Origin: Anaerolineae bacterium
GTDB taxonomy: Bacteria > Chloroflexota > Anaerolineae > B4-G1 > SLSP01
Assembly (NCBI GenBank): GCA_016931315.1
Contig: JAFGFB010000035.1
Coordinates: 1-49,901, forward strand
Reading direction: 5' to 3'
DNA length: 49,901 bases
Under the pieces are notes generated by a model that was not told the DNA's origin, did no database searches, and saw nothing but the letters and a program-made list of their open reading frames with translations. This document shows positions 9,428 through 18,114 of the stretch, piece after piece. Every line of letters starts with the position of its first letter. Positions within the stretch are counted from its first letter, which is position 1. A program made the position numbers and the translations under genes.

Positions 9428-10504
9428 ATGAATCAAAACGTGATTATCAGACCAATTCGCGATGACGAGCAATCCGAGGCCAAGCGGGTGATGCGCCGGG
9501 CATTTTCGCCTCCCACATGGTTGTTCTTTTCGTGGAGCAAGGATGTATTGGTGGCGGAACATGCGGGGCGCATCGTGGGCGGGACTGTGCTAAAGACATT
9601 TACCTTGCCCAAGGGGCGCAAGGTGGGCTTCGTCTACTGGCTCTTTACTGACCCTGAGGCGCGCGGTCTGGGCGCCGGACAGGGCTTGATCGAGGGGGCG
9701 TTGGATTTCTTTGTCGCGCAGGGCTGCGATGAGGTCTCCGCCTGTGTTGAGGGCTACAATACAAGCTCCAGCAAAGTCTTCGCCACGCGCGGCTTTGCGA
9801 TCCTTTCCATGGGCGAACAACTGCGGCGTTATGGCTTGGGAATAATCCCCTATTGGTGGCACTCATTCCATTTTATGGATGTGGGGCATTTCCTGTGGGT
9901 CAAGCCTGGTGCAGAAAAGCCTGATAGCCCTGCGTTGCAATGGTTCGGTACCTGGCTCATCAATGTGCTGTTGCTGTGGTTATCTGTATGGCGCTCGGGG
10001 GGCTTGGAGCGCCGCGATTTATGGACGGTCCCCGTCGCATTCCTGATACTATTCGGGTTGCGTTCGCTGGCGATGTGGAGTGTCGCACGCCTGCAAGGGT
10101 TGGCGGTGCGATTCCGCGCCTGGGAATCCAGTGCGACATTGGTTGCGGTGATTGCATTGCTCTTCGGTGGTTTTTTCCCCTTCCCTGGCAGCTTCTATCC
10201 CGTGACGGAGCGCTGGCGTTACCGCGAACTTCTGCCCAAAATTGTACCGATGGCGCTGGCAGGGACACTGGCATCCTTGTTGCTTGCCTGGAGCAGTTGG
10301 GCAGCGCTGCATTGGAATGTGGCGCCTGGATTTACATCACCCTTATCTATCTTGTTAGCGCTCAGCCGTATGTTGGCAGTATTGGAGACGGTTGTGGCTT
10401 TTTTCCCTCTGATCAGTTTCAACGGGAGGCGGATTTGGGATTGGAACCGCCTCATCTGGGGAGTGCTGAGCCTGGCAGCAGTAGCGCTCATGTTTGTGAG
10501 TTAG
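9428..10504 (+). CDS. GNAT acetyltransferase fused to a multi-TM (M50-like) domain
   Basis: Acetyl-CoA motif PEARGLGAG in the N-half; hydrophobic C-half ending FFPLISFNGRRIWDWN. Confidence 0.75.
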   Translation: MNQNVIIRPIRDDEQSEAKRVMRRAFSPPTWLFFSWSKDVLVAEHAGRIVGGTVLKTFTLPKGRKVGFVYWLFTDPEARGLGAGQGLIEGALDFFVAQGCDEVSACVEGYNTSSSKVFATRGFAILSMGEQLRRYGLGIIPYWWHSFHFMDVGHFLWVKPGAEKPDSPALQWFGTWLINVLLLWLSVWRSGGLERRDLWTVPVAFLILFGLRSLAMWSVARLQGLAVRFRAWESSATLVAVIALLFGGFFPFPGSFYPVTERWRYRELLPKIVPMALAGTLASLLLAWSSWAALHWNVAPGFTSPLSILLALSRMLAVLETVVAFFPLISFNGRRIWDWNRLIWGVLSLAAVALMFVS

Positions 10505-10605
10505 CTCTTTTTACAGGTTTTTCGTGCTACGATTTTACTGCGCCGCGAAGAGTGCGAGCGGTAGAACAACTCTAATCTCTGAATTGCAATTTTGAGGAGT
10601 GAACT

Positions 10606-11553
10606 ATGGCTCTGGTTGAAGTGAATAATCTGGTCAAGCGTTATACATCAGCAGGACCGAATGCAGTAGATGCTGTTTCATTCGAGATTCACGCAGGGGA
10701 GGTGTTTAGCTTGCTCGGTCCGAACGGCGCGGGTAAGACAACCACGATCTCTATGATCAGCACATTGCTTACGCCAACTGCTGGTAACGTTGTTGTGGAT
10801 GGACACGATGTGCAGCGCGAGCCTATGGCGGTGCGCGAGGTCATCGGCGTTGCTCCGCAGGACCTGGCGCTCTATCATGACCTCAGCGCTGAAGAGAATC
10901 TGCGCTTCTGGGGCGAGATGCGCGGACTAGGCGGCGCGGAACTTAAGCGCGAAATTGCCGAGAAACTGGCATTGATGGATCTGTCCGACCGGGCAAAGGC
11001 GCGCGTGAAAACCTTCTCCGGAGGCATGAAGCGACGCCTCAACCTCGCCGTAGGGCTTCTGGGCAATCCCAGGTTGGTCATGCTGGATGAGCCGACGGTT
11101 GCCATTGACCCACAGAGCCGCCGATATATTCTGGACTACGTCAAGCGAATGAATGCCGATGGAGCGACCGTGCTCTATACCACGCACTACATGGAAGAGG
11201 CGCAGGAACTGAGCCATCGCATCGGCATTATGGATCAAGGCAGGCTGATTGCGCTGGGGACTTTGGAAGAACTCACGCGGCAAGTGGGAGAGCATGAGAC
11301 GCTGGTTCTGAAGTTGCACCAGGAGGGTGGTGGCGCCGCACTGGCAGAGGCATTGACTGGCTGTGAGGATGTGTTTGAGGCAAGCGCCAGCAACGGTGAA
11401 GTGACGCTTAACGTTGACTCAGCACAGGCGGCGTTGCCGCTGGCTTTGGCAAAAGCTGGGGATTTGGGGCTGAGCATTCGCACCGTGGATATTCGTGAGC
11501 CTAATCTGGAGACAGTATTCTTGCACCTTACCGGGCGAGCACTGCGGGATTGA
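10606..11553 (+). CDS. ABC-2 ATP-binding protein (DrrA/LnrL-like)
   Basis: GPNGAGKTT, FSGGMKRR, LDEPT, YTTHYMEEA, C-terminal EPNLETVFLHLTGRALRD. Confidence 0.95.
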   Translation: MALVEVNNLVKRYTSAGPNAVDAVSFEIHAGEVFSLLGPNGAGKTTTISMISTLLTPTAGNVVVDGHDVQREPMAVREVIGVAPQDLALYHDLSAEENLRFWGEMRGLGGAELKREIAEKLALMDLSDRAKARVKTFSGGMKRRLNLAVGLLGNPRLVMLDEPTVAIDPQSRRYILDYVKRMNADGATVLYTTHYMEEAQELSHRIGIMDQGRLIALGTLEELTRQVGEHETLVLKLHQEGGGAALAEALTGCEDVFEASASNGEVTLNVDSAQAALPLALAKAGDLGLSIRTVDIREPNLETVFLHLTGRALRD

Positions 11554-11640
11554 TGGAAGGGTTACTTGGGGGGGGCAGCCTCAAATCCAAGACGCCCTTT
11601 CTTCTTTCTGTGGTGAACATTGTGTAGGAGCCTGTATGCT

Positions 11641-12987
11641 ATGAAGAAACTATGGGTACTTGCATTGAAAGAAGTGCGATTGGCATTCCGCGATGTGGGA
11701 ATGCTGGTCACCATGTTGGCAACGCCATTACTACTCACACTGGCGATTGGCGCGGCATTTGGGGGCAGCGGAGGGGGAAATCTCTCCGATGTGCCGGTCC
11801 TGCTACTCAATCGTGATCAGGGCACGCTCTCGCAGGCTCTGGTCGAGGTCTTTGACTCCGAGGGCGTCAAAGGGTTGATTGCCCTTGAGCAGGTCAGCGA
11901 TGAATCTGCCGCACGCGCGCGCGTGGATCAGGATGAAGTCGCGGTACTCGTCATTATCCCTGCGGATTTTGGCGCGCGCGTTTTCCCGGAAGGGGCGCAA
12001 GTGCAACAAACTGTTGGCCTCGACCTGACGGCGATGGATGAGGCAGACTATCAAGCTCTGACTAACGAACAGAAGCTGGAAATCGGGCGCGCCTTCGCCC
12101 TCTCGCAGGGGCAGGTTGCTCCCGATGCTGTAAGCATCGAGCTCTATGCTAGCCCCGATTGGCGCATCAGCACTGCTATCGTCAAAAGCGTGATAACGCA
12201 GGGTATTGAGATCATGAATATTCGGCTTCAGGGAATGATGGCGATTATGACGCGCTTGGTGACGGCTCATATTTTGAGTGGCGCGAACCCGGAGCCGGTG
12301 CCATCTGCTGTACCATTTGCTGCCATGCCCTCGGAAAATCCACAAGCGAGTGCGCTGCCGGTGCGTTTGACCGTCACCGTGCCCGGCGGTCGTAGCTTCA
12401 GCTGGCTTGATTATTCTTCTGCCAGTCTTGCAATCATCTTTTTGATGTTCGCCGTGACCTCGGGCGGTCGGACGTTGTTGGCGGAGCGTGAGTGGGGGAC
12501 GTTGCCACGGCTCTTGATTACACCTACGGCGCCCCTTGCCGTGTTAGTGGGGAAGATGGCGGGCATTGTGTTGACCGGCTTGCTACAAGTCACAGTTCTG
12601 TGGGGGGCAACCAGCCTGCTTGGCGCCTATTGGGGCAATCCGCTGCTGGTTCCGCTCGCTCTGCTCGTGTTGGTTATATGCGCTACCGGCGTTGGGGCGC
12701 TCGTTTCGTCATGGGCGCAGACGGCGGGACAGGCGGGGGCTATTGGTACCGCCGTTACCCTGGTCGGCTCGGCCATCTCCGGAAGCTTTTTCCCGCGCAT
12801 GAATTTGCCGGTATGGGTACAGCAGCTGAGCCTGATTACGCCACAAGCCTGGGGGATTGAAATCTTCTCTGAATTGCAGAGCGGCGGCGGGCTGGTAGAT
12901 TTGCTGCCTTTGCTGGGGGGAGCGCTCTTGCTTACGGCAGTCTATTACATCCTGGCGCTGGTGGGTTTCAGGCGGCAGTTTAGATAG
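11641..12987 (+). CDS. ABC-2 permease with large extracellular loop (LnrM-like)
   Basis: N-terminal TM, large loop, EREWGTLPRLLITP, then 5 TMs. Confidence 0.9.
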   Translation: MKKLWVLALKEVRLAFRDVGMLVTMLATPLLLTLAIGAAFGGSGGGNLSDVPVLLLNRDQGTLSQALVEVFDSEGVKGLIALEQVSDESAARARVDQDEVAVLVIIPADFGARVFPEGAQVQQTVGLDLTAMDEADYQALTNEQKLEIGRAFALSQGQVAPDAVSIELYASPDWRISTAIVKSVITQGIEIMNIRLQGMMAIMTRLVTAHILSGANPEPVPSAVPFAAMPSENPQASALPVRLTVTVPGGRSFSWLDYSSASLAIIFLMFAVTSGGRTLLAEREWGTLPRLLITPTAPLAVLVGKMAGIVLTGLLQVTVLWGATSLLGAYWGNPLLVPLALLVLVICATGVGALVSSWAQTAGQAGAIGTAVTLVGSAISGSFFPRMNLPVWVQQLSLITPQAWGIEIFSELQSGGGLVDLLPLLGGALLLTAVYYILALVGFRRQFR

Positions 12988-13044
12988 GTCAAACGGTATA
13001 TTTTTGAGCATTGACTCCTGATGGAGCTTTGTTGGAGGAATAGA

Positions 13045-14253
13045 ATGCAACGTTTACGCGCCATGATTCGAAATGAATTTCTGCTGGAATTCACCTCTCC
13101 TATATCCCTGTTTTTTTTCTTGGTGCTACCACTTTTGTTCACAGCAGCGGTAGGTGCGGGCCTGGGTGGTATGATGGATCAGGATGCTGATACGCCTCAG
13201 GAAGTGCGCATCCCTCTGTATGTCCAAACTCAGGATCAGGGGTCCCTGGTCGAGGCGCTGCTAGCAGTTTTCCCGGAGGCAAATCTGCAACCGGAGTTGG
13301 TGGAGGTGTTGCCGGAAGAGCAATTTGGTCTGGAGATTCCGGCGTATTTTTCCGCCGCCTTGCTCAATGGCGATATGGTTACACTGACCCTGCATACACT
13401 CCCCGATAATAGCTCTAGTTTTGCTGTGGAGCAGGCTGTGCGTGCGGCGCAGGGGCGTGTGGGAGGGGCGGCGTTGGTAGCGAAGATGGGCTTGGAGCAG
13501 GCGCGTCAGGCGGGGGTCGTGAGCACGCCGGAGGAAGAGCTACAGTTTTTTCGTGAGGTGCTAAACGAGGTGCTGGCTACTGCGCAGCAGCCTCCTGCGA
13601 CGGCTCAGGTGCGTTGGGCTGAAGGGGCGACCATCACCGATGATGCTAACGCTATGGCGACGAGCGCCGAACAGGCTTCTGCCGGGCAGCTCGTTACCTG
13701 GGTGCAGATTACGTTGCTGGGAGCGGCGGAAGTGCTGGTCAGCGAACGGCTCGGAGGCACCTTGCGCCGTATGTTGGTAACACCCGCCTCACGTTTTGTG
13801 GTGCTCCTTGGCAAATTACTGGGGCGGTTGGCGTTGGGGTTGCTGCAGATGACGATTTTGCTTGTTGGCGGGGCGCTGCTCTTTGGGGTGAACTGGGGAC
13901 GCCATCCTTTGGCGGTTGCCCTGGTCTCGCTCGCCTTTGCCATCGCCACCGTTTCCCTGGGTATTCTGCTGGCTACCGTGGTCAAGACACGCGGTCAGGC
14001 GGGAAGCATCGTGGTGGGGCTTTCGATGGGCATGGCGGCGCTCGGCGGCGCCTGGTATCCCTTGGAGATTACCCCGCCGCTATATCGGCAGGTGGTACAA
14101 ATTCTCCCTTCCACTTGGGCGATGCGTGCCTATACGGACCTGTTGGCGCGGGGAGCCAATCTGGTCCAGGTATTGCCCTATGTGGGTATTTTGCTTGGCT
14201 TTGCGCTCGTCTTTTTGACCGTGGGCGTGTGGCGCTTCCAGCGCTATGAGTGA
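13045..14253 (+). CDS. ABC-2 permease (LnrN-like)
   Basis: ERLGGTLRRMLVTP, LGGAWYPLE, LPSTWAM. Confidence 0.9.
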   Translation: MQRLRAMIRNEFLLEFTSPISLFFFLVLPLLFTAAVGAGLGGMMDQDADTPQEVRIPLYVQTQDQGSLVEALLAVFPEANLQPELVEVLPEEQFGLEIPAYFSAALLNGDMVTLTLHTLPDNSSSFAVEQAVRAAQGRVGGAALVAKMGLEQARQAGVVSTPEEELQFFREVLNEVLATAQQPPATAQVRWAEGATITDDANAMATSAEQASAGQLVTWVQITLLGAAEVLVSERLGGTLRRMLVTPASRFVVLLGKLLGRLALGLLQMTILLVGGALLFGVNWGRHPLAVALVSLAFAIATVSLGILLATVVKTRGQAGSIVVGLSMGMAALGGAWYPLEITPPLYRQVVQILPSTWAMRAYTDLLARGANLVQVLPYVGILLGFALVFLTVGVWRFQRYE

Positions 14254-14446
14254 TATGTTGCGCGCTAGCCTTTCTCTGGCATGGAAGATGGCTTTTGGCG
14301 CCTTGATCCTGGTGGCAGGTTTGGGAGGTGTGGGAGCATTATTTTCCGGTGAATGGTTGACCGGATTAGCTCTGCTTGCAGTTGCTATTGTGCTGACTTG
14401 GGTGTTGGCGCGCAGTTTGCGTGGGCAGAGGGTCGGGCGACCTTAA
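14246..14446 (+). CDS. Small two-TM membrane protein
   Basis: 66 aa with two hydrophobic helices; start overlaps the permease stop and the gene ends just before a terminator. Confidence 0.6.
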   Translation: MSDMLRASLSLAWKMAFGALILVAGLGGVGALFSGEWLTGLALLAVAIVLTWVLARSLRGQRVGRP

Positions 14447-14470
14447 GCCGAAGCTTGCCTGCGATACAAT

Positions 14471-14500
14471 GAAAAGGGGCGCCTCGAGGCGCCCCTTTTC
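14471..14500. terminator. Bidirectional intrinsic terminator
   Basis: Perfect 30-bp palindrome gaaaaggggcgcctcgaggcgccccttttc between convergent genes. Confidence 0.9.
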
Positions 14501-14518
14501 GTTTTGGCCGTCGTTGTT

Positions 14519-15028
14519 TTATTCTGTTTTGACCTTGATTTTGCGGCTGTCTTTGGCTGCCACAACTTTGGGCAGATTGATGGTCAGCACCCCGTTCTTG
14601 AAAGTCGCTTCCGCGTTCTCGGTATCCACGTTCACGGGTAGGGCGATAGTGCGGCTGAATGACCCGTATGTGCGTTCCATGCGATAGATATTGCCGCTGC
14701 GCTGCTCTTCCTCGGCCTTTTTCTCCCCGCTAAGGGTCAGGGTATCTCGTGATAGCGAAACCTGGATGTCCTTTTCGCTCATGCCAGGCAGTTCCGCCTT
14801 GATCTGGAGTTCCTTTTCAGTTTCGATGACATCCACCCGCGGGCTGAATTCGCCCCATGCCATTTCAAAGGGGGCAAAGGGCGCCAGGCCAAAGTTGTTG
14901 AAGAATTCCTCAAACAGGCGCTCCGGTCCTTCGTATGGGTTTGCTGATTGCCGTGCCAGCCCGGTTGATCCCGTCTGTTGTCGCGGCCGTCTCTCACGTT
15001 TCCAGAAATTGCGATTCATGATTGACAT
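14519..15028 (-). CDS. Hsp20/alpha-crystallin small heat-shock protein
   Basis: PRVDVIE, AELPG, ERTYGSFSR, A.FKNGVL.I.LPK; RBS GAAGGAGGTG. Confidence 0.95.
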   Translation of the reverse strand: MSIMNRNFWKRERRPRQQTGSTGLARQSANPYEGPERLFEEFFNNFGLAPFAPFEMAWGEFSPRVDVIETEKELQIKAELPGMSEKDIQVSLSRDTLTLSGEKKAEEEQRSGNIYRMERTYGSFSRTIALPVNVDTENAEATFKNGVLTINLPKVVAAKDSRKIKVKTE

Positions 15029-15130
15029 GCTTATCACCTCCTTCAACGTTGTGTGATCTCGAGAAGGCGCTTTGTTCACTTCTCGAGATCACAAAGCTAT
15101 CTGATATTTTTTCAGGCTTGGGTAACGGGA

Positions 15131-15544
15131 TCAGGCATCTTTGATGCCGATTTTGCGCGTCGTCGGGGTTGCCTTGGGCAAATGCAGGCGCAAAACACCG
15201 TTCTTTACCGTCGCCTCAATATTATCCTGGTCAATTTCCTGCGAGAGCGTGAAGTTGCGTTGGAAATCTCCGATGCGATACTCTGCCCATGCGAGGCTAT
15301 AGCCCTCAGGGTAGCTCGGTGCAACATAGCCATTGATGCTCAGCACATTGCGCTCGAGGGTAATATCCACCGATGCGGGATCAACGCCCGGCATATCTGC
15401 CAGGATAACAATCGCATCGTTCATTTCGTAGATGTCTACACGCGGGATGAAGGCCAATCGTGAACGGGTGCGCTCGGCTTCGCCTTCGACCAGCTCTTGT
15501 TTTTCAGCCTGCTCCAATTGCAGTTCCTTGGTTTCCTCAGTCAT
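15131..15544 (-). CDS. Hsp20 small heat-shock protein
   Basis: PRVDIYE, ADMPGV, ATVKNGVLRLHLPK. Confidence 0.95.
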   Translation of the reverse strand: MTEETKELQLEQAEKQELVEGEAERTRSRLAFIPRVDIYEMNDAIVILADMPGVDPASVDITLERNVLSINGYVAPSYPEGYSLAWAEYRIGDFQRNFTLSQEIDQDNIEATVKNGVLRLHLPKATPTTRKIGIKDA

Positions 15545-15586
15545 TGTGTCACCTCCATTGTTTTACCACGGTAATCATTACCCGGC

Positions 15587-16033
15587 TTAGCCCACTCGCA
15601 CAGCGATTTTCTTGGGCTTATCCTCTTCAGCGCGCGGCAGCGTGATGTTCAGAATGCCGTTGTTGGTTGTGGCTTCCACTTTTTGTGGATCAACCTTGAA
15701 GGGCAACTGAAAACTCCGCGTGAAGGTTCCGCAACCACGCTCACGCCGGTGATAAGTAATGCCTTCCGCTCCTTCCTCGGGCTTGCGACTACCACTGATG
15801 GTAAGCGTGTCATCTACCACGCTGATGTCGAGGTCCTCGGCCAGCACGCCGGGCAGCTCTGTGGTGACCACTGCACCATTTTCATTGACCCAGATATTCA
15901 TTGCGGGATAGCCGCGCAACACGGGCAGTTCGGATGGGGCAGCGGTTTCGCCAAACACTTGGTTCATCTCACGTCGTAAGCGTTCCATCTCACGCCACAT
16001 AGGGCTTACTCCTCTATACGGTCGTTGTAACAT
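15587..16033 (-). CDS. Hsp20 small heat-shock protein
   Basis: YPAMNIW, ELPGV, RRERGCGTFTR, NGILNITLPR; RBS GGAGG. Confidence 0.95.
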   Translation of the reverse strand: MLQRPYRGVSPMWREMERLRREMNQVFGETAAPSELPVLRGYPAMNIWVNENGAVVTTELPGVLAEDLDISVVDDTLTISGSRKPEEGAEGITYHRRERGCGTFTRSFQLPFKVDPQKVEATTNNGILNITLPRAEEDKPKKIAVRVG

Positions 16034-16145
16034 TTTTGCACCTCCCAAATACTAAGGTATGCTTTTTGTGCTTTGAGTAGCGCTCATTCTGAGAGCTCGA
16101 GTGGCGCCTTCTCAGAGCACACCTGAAATTGCTTTTACATTTTTG

Positions 16146-16201
16146 ATTCTATAGCCCGAAGATTAGAATTACATAAGTCCCGGCTTAGAAAATCATCAGA
16201 A
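16146..16201 (-). promoter_or_regulatory. hsp20 promoter: -10 TAGAAT plus four hexamers at 11-bp spacing
   Basis: Plus-strand TTAGAA(16163), TAAGTC(16174), TTAGAA(16185), TCAGAA(16196); minus-strand TAGAAT at 16146-16151. Confidence 0.55.
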
Positions 16202-16212
16202 ATTCCAAAGCA

Positions 16213-16242
16213 AACGGCGGGGTTGTGCTCAACCCCGCCGTT
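16213..16242 (-). terminator. Hairpin terminator downstream of rfbA
   Basis: 13-bp stem aacggcggggttg/caaccccgccgtt with a 4-nt loop. Confidence 0.75.
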
Positions 16243-16285
16243 ACAGGTGTGATAAACGTTTAGATTTCTGGCATCTTTTGCATAT

Positions 16286-17353
16286 TTAGAGCAGTCCGGC
16301 TTGACTGTAGTCTCCCAGGGTCAGTTTGAGAGCCTTGGGGCGGATAGGTGAGCGTTGCAAAACGACATGCCGCCCAATAAGGCTGTCTTGAATGCGCGCA
16401 GGCAATGATTCGACGACACTGTGCTCCAAAACGATAGAGCGTTCGATTTCGCTATCCTGAACGCGGCATTCCGCGCCGATGGCGGTAAACGGACCGACGT
16501 AGGAGTTCACGATGCGTGTGTTTTCACCGATGATGGCAGGTCCTCGAATGACACTGTTGATCACTTCGGCGCCCTTTTCAATGGTTACCCGGTGATCCAC
16601 CTCGGAGTCGCGGTCAACATAACCTTCGATGGTGGGCGTGATTTCCTCCAGGACTCGGCTATTGGCTTCCAGCATCTCGCCCGGTTCGCCGGTATCAATC
16701 CACCACCCGCGGTGAATGTAGGGGAAGACACGGTAGCCCTTTTCCACCAACCATTGAATCGCATCGGTGATTTCTAGCTCCCCGCGCCAGGAGGGCTTGA
16801 TCGCGTTTACGGCTTCAAAGATGTGGGCGTCGAACATGTAGATGCCCACGAGCGCCAGATTTGAGGGCGGAACTTTGGGCTTCTCAATCAGGCGGATGAT
16901 CTGCCCCTGCTCGTTGAGCTCGGCGACGCCATAACGCTCGGGCTGATTCACCTCGGTGAGCACAATTTGGCTATTCCAGTCGGAGGCGGCGAACTGCCGC
17001 AACAACGGCGAGATGCCTCCCTGAATGACATTGTCGCCCAGGAACATGACAAAGCGGTCATCGCCCAAGAAATCCCGGCTGATTTTGACCGCATGGGCGA
17101 GCCCCAGGGGTGCATCCTGTGGAATGTAAGTGATTTCGACGCCCCATTTATTGCCGCGCCGCACCGCCTGCTTGATTTCATTGGCTGTATCACCTACGAC
17201 AATGCCAATTTCCTCAACACCAGCATCGCGGATAGCTTCGATGACACGGAAGAGCACGGGTTTGTTCGCCACGGGGATCAACTGCTTGGCGCTGGTGAAG
17301 GTGAGCGGATACAGGCGTGTGCCTTTACCGCCACTAAGAATCAGACCTTTCAT
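16286..17353 (-). CDS. rfbA: Glucose-1-phosphate thymidylyltransferase (long form)
   Basis: ILSGGKGTRLYPLT..AKQLIPVANKP, PLGLAHA, LGDN, RGELEITDA, C-terminal hexapeptide repeats. Confidence 0.93.
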   Translation of the reverse strand: MKGLILSGGKGTRLYPLTFTSAKQLIPVANKPVLFRVIEAIRDAGVEEIGIVVGDTANEIKQAVRRGNKWGVEITYIPQDAPLGLAHAVKISRDFLGDDRFVMFLGDNVIQGGISPLLRQFAASDWNSQIVLTEVNQPERYGVAELNEQGQIIRLIEKPKVPPSNLALVGIYMFDAHIFEAVNAIKPSWRGELEITDAIQWLVEKGYRVFPYIHRGWWIDTGEPGEMLEANSRVLEEITPTIEGYVDRDSEVDHRVTIEKGAEVINSVIRGPAIIGENTRIVNSYVGPFTAIGAECRVQDSEIERSIVLEHSVVESLPARIQDSLIGRHVVLQRSPIRPKALKLTLGDYSQAGLL

Positions 17354-17452
17354 CGCATCACTCTCCTGGAAAAATGATAAGGGCAAAGCCGTGAGCGAGG
17401 GTTCCTTGATGCACAGACTCGCTCATGGCTGCTTTCTGGTTTGAGGGGCGCG

Positions 17453-18103
17453 CTAGTAGCCTACCTGCACGGCGTCTGGAGCATCTGTCAATACCGCGCC
17501 GAGCAGGCGTACCTGGTAGCGTTCCAAGACGGCTTTGGCGCTTTCGATGCGATCACGGCGGGTCTTTCCAGACCGCACGGTCAATACCAGTCCATCTGTT
17601 TTTGCCGCGAGAGCCGCGGCATCCACTGCTGCCAGAATGGGCGGCGCCTGGAGGATAATCAGATCCGCATGTTCTTTTAGTTGCTCGAGCAACTCCCCCA
17701 TTTTATTGGAGCTCAGAATATCCGAAGGATTGGGGGGGACTTTTCCGGTAGTGAGTACGTGTAAGCCCGGAACTTCAGTGGCGAGCAAGGGCAATGCGAC
17801 ATTTTTCCCCAGGATGGCTTGTGTAACACCGCCGGCGTTCGGGATACCAAAGATGTCGTGCAGGTGTGGATAACGCAGGTCGGCATCAACCAGGATGACG
17901 CGCTGCCCGGCTTGGGCGGCAACTACTGCCAGGTTCACGGAAACATCCGCGGGTACTGGCGCGTTATCCTCTGTCGCCGGCGCAGCAATCACTAACGTCT
18001 TTATGGCGTCATCGAGCGTAGCATAGTTCAGATTGACCCGCAAAGCGCGGTAAGCCTCGGCTGCTGCTGAGGTGGGTTCTGTCAGGGTGATGATCTTCTC
18101 CAT
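17453..18103 (-). CDS. CpsD/CapB-family BY-kinase homologue with degenerate Walker A/B
   Basis: AEAYRALRVNL, VILVDADLRYP, PPNPSDIL, LLGAVL; no GK[S/T]. Confidence 0.85.
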   Translation of the reverse strand: MEKIITLTEPTSAAAEAYRALRVNLNYATLDDAIKTLVIAAPATEDNAPVPADVSVNLAVVAAQAGQRVILVDADLRYPHLHDIFGIPNAGGVTQAILGKNVALPLLATEVPGLHVLTTGKVPPNPSDILSSNKMGELLEQLKEHADLIILQAPPILAAVDAAALAAKTDGLVLTVRSGKTRRDRIESAKAVLERYQVRLLGAVLTDAPDAVQVGY

Positions 18104-18114
18104 AGTCCTGTTCC

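Noticed and set aside
11568-13118. G8 (11568-11575) and T8 (13111-13118) tracts as phase-variation switches
   Set aside because: The tracts are short; one is intergenic and the other is in-frame Phe codons in a TM segment.
16070-16105. CIRCE or HAIR operator upstream of hsp20
   Set aside because: Only one partial half-site (TTGAGT or TAGCGCTC); the second arm does not match.
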